Below, in pieces: positions 61,034 through 64,000 of a DNA stretch of 64,000 nucleotides. Every line of letters starts with the position of its first letter. Positions within the stretch are counted from its first letter, which is position 1. The notes beneath the pieces were generated by a model. It saw only the letters and a list, made by a program, of their open reading frames with translations. It was not told the DNA's origin and ran no database searches. The DNA comes from Podarcis tiliguerta (taxonomy: Eukaryota), in NCBI GenBank assembly GCA_965153285.1, contig OZ229114.1; one strand, given 5' to 3'. The translations under genes were made by a program, and so were the position numbers.

Positions 61034-62056
61034 GTAAAAGAAATCTGAGAGTGAGCCTCCAAAATGGCTGTGACGGTTGCACTTTTAATTTACTGACTGT
61101 CAAAACAAAAGGTTTGAATTTCAGCTGACAGAATGGCTGGGAGCCTACTAGAATGTAACAGAGGATGAAATGCTTGAAGTTCAAATGAAAGTGTCACTGG
61201 GAGAAGGGAGCTGGATGAGACCTTAGGCTGGCTGATGTGAAATGCTGCCGCTTAGCTTCTGTTGACCTCTGGACCAAGCCACTTAAACCGAGGGCCTAGT
61301 AGCACTAGGAGAGACCTGGCAGAGTGGGTCTGGCTAACTGAAGGTGGCACAGAGGTTGTGGTGTAGGGCTGGTGATGACTTCAGCCTTATGGTGGAAACT
61401 GGTGTGTGTGTGTGTTTGCTTGGTGCTAAAATTGGACATGTACCAGAAAGATTGCAAAAAGTTGGTGGTTTTGTCCTAATTCCTTCCCAACTATCCTTTT
61501 CTGTCTAAAATGACTGATGTTGAGAATCGAATAGCAGTGGTTCAGGGCCAGTCACAGGGTAGCCAGCAACCCAGATGCTTGCTCAGGAGCTTCTGTAAGT
61601 CTGCCTGGTGGGACACAATGGCTGCAGTTCACTGATACTGGTGCACCCAACCTGGAATGATGCCTGTTGAGGCAGGGACATGGCATGACAAGTGCTCCCG
61701 AGAGAAAATACCAATGATGTGTGCCATGCTGGCTGAACATTGCCCTCATGCAGAGATGCATCAGCACCCGATGTGGTGACAGTTCCTATATATACCCATG
61801 GTAGAAGTGTGCGATGTCACTTTTTGCACACTATGCATAAACAGGGTACCTCTTGTTGATGCTTCCAGTGTAACTTCCAAATCTGCCTCATACACTGCTG
61901 AGCAGTGGTGCGCTATGCGGGCATTTCATGTGGCAACTTGGCAAGGGCACAAGTACATCCATCTCCTCTCTGAGTCCTCATTATTAACTTACTCCAAGTT
62001 GCAGATGGCAGGGCTCAATGTCCAGGGCTGCAACAGTGGGCAGAGATGCTGTAAAT

Positions 62057-62192
62057 CAGGCATAGGCAACCTTTGGCCCTCCAGATGCTTTGGCCTACAA
62101 CTCCCATGATCCCTAGCTAACAGGACCAGTGGTCAGGGATGATGGGAATTGTAGTCCAAAACATCTGGAGGGCCAAAGGTTGCCTATGCCTG
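62057..62192. mobile_element. Palindromic hAT MITE, family B (young copy)
   Basis: Near-perfect arms CAGGCATAGGCAACCTTTGGCCCTCCAGATG ... CATCTGGAGGGCCAAAGGTTGCCTATGCCTG; flanks CTGTAAAT / CTGTAAGT. Confidence 0.9.
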
Positions 62193-63128
62193 CTGTAAGT
62201 GAAGCCATTTCTGGCCCTGTTATTTATTTGCTTGTTCATTCTTTCCCGGTACACATTAAGGTCAGATGGGGAAACTGCAGAGCAGCAGATGGCACAAGGC
62301 TCTGCTTCCACATTTCTTGCTGAACCTGTTGAGCACAAAATTGCTTAGTTTGGCTGTTCGCGGGCCTGATTATTTGCCAGCAATGGCTCCCTGTCTTAAC
62401 TGCTTGGGTTGTCTTTCAGTCTTCAGAAGATCTTGTCCAGCTAGTGTAGTTTTATAACCTTATTAGAGATAAAATGCAATTGGATTAGACCAAACACAAT
62501 GCACCTTGTATGAGGCTCTGATTCTGGAGCACGACTGCAACCTATTAGACACTGCCTGACTCGACAGAACGTTCTGTTCAGTTCACACTGGGCCCCTGCA
62601 CACTTTCTCAAGAGTGGCTTTGACTCTGAACCAGGTGGGGTGAGGACATTGTGGGACTCCACTTGCAGTCTTGGTGTGCAAGAAGAGCATTGGCAGGGTC
62701 TGATAATCTCATGGCGAGGGAAGCCCGAGTGCAAATGTGAGGCGGGCTCTGATGTGCAAGATGAGCCTGAGGCTTCCTTCAGATCCTGGAGCTATAGAGG
62801 AGAGGGGATGAACCCTGCACTCTCCCCAGCCCCAACCTGAAATTTGTTTGGATTCTACTCTTGGTGGGTGCAAGCGCAGAACTATAGCAAGCCTTTGTCT
62901 CCCATCTCCAAAGTGGAAAGCGGAGGTGGGGGGCCTGTATCTGCACCTGATGGGTGCCCTGAGATTGGAGCACCCATTGGGCGCAGAGGCAGAGCAAGCA
63001 GGGAACCTTCCTCCTGTAGCTCAGAACCATTGGGGAGTCAGCGATGTGGGGAATTGCTCCTATACCTGTTGGGTGTTCAGTCTCGGAACATAGGGCACAG
63101 AGGGTTGTACCTAACTAAATGCTATCCA

Positions 63129-63472
63129 AGGTAAAAGTAAAGTGACCCCTGACCATTAGGTCCAGTCGTGGCCAACTCTGGGCTTGCAGCGCTCATCTCG
63201 CTTTACTGGCCGAGGGAGCTGGCATACAGCTTCCAGGTCATGTGGCCAGCATGACTAAGCCGCTTCTGGCGAACCAGAGCAGCGCACAGAAACGCCGTTT
63301 ACCTTCCCACCTATTTATCCACTTGCACTTTGATGTGCTTTTGAACTACTAGGTTGGCAGGAGCAGGGACCGAGCAATAGGAGCTCACCCCGTTGCGGGG
63401 ATTCGAACCGCCGACCTTCTGATTGGCAAGTCCTAGGCTCTGTGGTTTAACCCACAGTGCCACCATGTCCCT
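63129..63472 (-). mobile_element. Near full-length Sauria SINE (lacertid POM-type)
   Basis: The reverse complement starts GGGACATGGTGGCACTGTGGGTTAAACC...GGTTCGAATCC (A/B boxes) and ends in a TTTACTTTTACCT tail; 9-bp TSD TGCTATCCA (63120-63128, 63473-63481). Confidence 0.92.
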
Positions 63473-64000
63473 TGCTATCCAGAGTAGATCTGTTTAAATT
63501 AATGGATCTAAGTCATGTTCGTTAATGTCAGTGGGTCTCTCTTGAGTAGAACCAAGTGGCATATAATCCATTGGCAGAGCCAGCCTCCACACACCCCAAA
63601 GCTCTGAGCCGTTGGGGAGTCAGGGTTTATCTTCTGCCCCTGCAACCACCAGCTCCAAGCTTAGAGCAGGAAAATTTCCCCCTGATTTCATGAAACTTCT
63701 CTGAAATATAGCATATAATAGCATATAATCAGATTCTGCCCTTTGGGTGATAAAGGGGATATGTGAGTCCCACCATCTACCTGCAGGTGCTGAGTGCTAA
63801 TGCTGAGCTATCCCTTACCCTTTTCTTTCCATACCGATTTCTGCTTTGTTTGTTTTTTCTGTTCTTTTGTTTTGCTGTTTGCTTCTCATCAGCTTTTAGG
63901 GAAAGTTGTGGGTGAGTTGTTGTTAGTTTTACAAATGTGCACAATATAAAAAGCAATCAAAATTTGCAAATGTAAAAAGTAGACAGCACATAACACAGAG

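Noticed and set aside
1-64000. A novel multi-gene or prokaryote-type system (operon, defence island, CRISPR-Cas)
   Set aside because: The DNA is vertebrate; all convincing coding signal belongs to DGKG and ETV5 exons or decayed LINE fragments.

Overview
Vertebrate genomic DNA, almost certainly from a squamate and probably a lacertid lizard (it carries a Sauria/POM-type SINE, a BovB LINE fragment, CR1/L2 fragments and lizard-type hAT and Tc1/mariner MITEs). Two protein-coding genes lie in tandem on the + strand. The first is the 3' end of DGKG (diacylglycerol kinase gamma): four coding exons at 4388-14868, stop codon at 14866-14868, then 3'UTR. The second is ETV5 (ERM, a PEA3-group ETS factor): a CpG-island promoter at ~31.0-32.2 kb, a candidate untranslated exon 1, and ten coding exons at 33707-61033 that splice into an open 406-codon frame; the last exons (rest of the ETS domain) lie beyond the window. 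All exon boundaries were read by hand, are GT-AG and are phase-consistent. Most entries in the six-frame ORF track are spurious. I found no new multi-gene system. The best leads are regulatory: a 130-bp, ~95% identical inverted repeat in ETV5 intron 5; an ATF4-like two-uORF leader in ETV5; an ETS-domain exon that recreates the upstream donor site after splicing; an intact solo LTR upstream of the ETV5 promoter; a near-perfect 70-bp palindrome beside exon 9; and a candidate distal DGKG poly(A) site. Comparisons with human proteins are from memory and need alignment to confirm.
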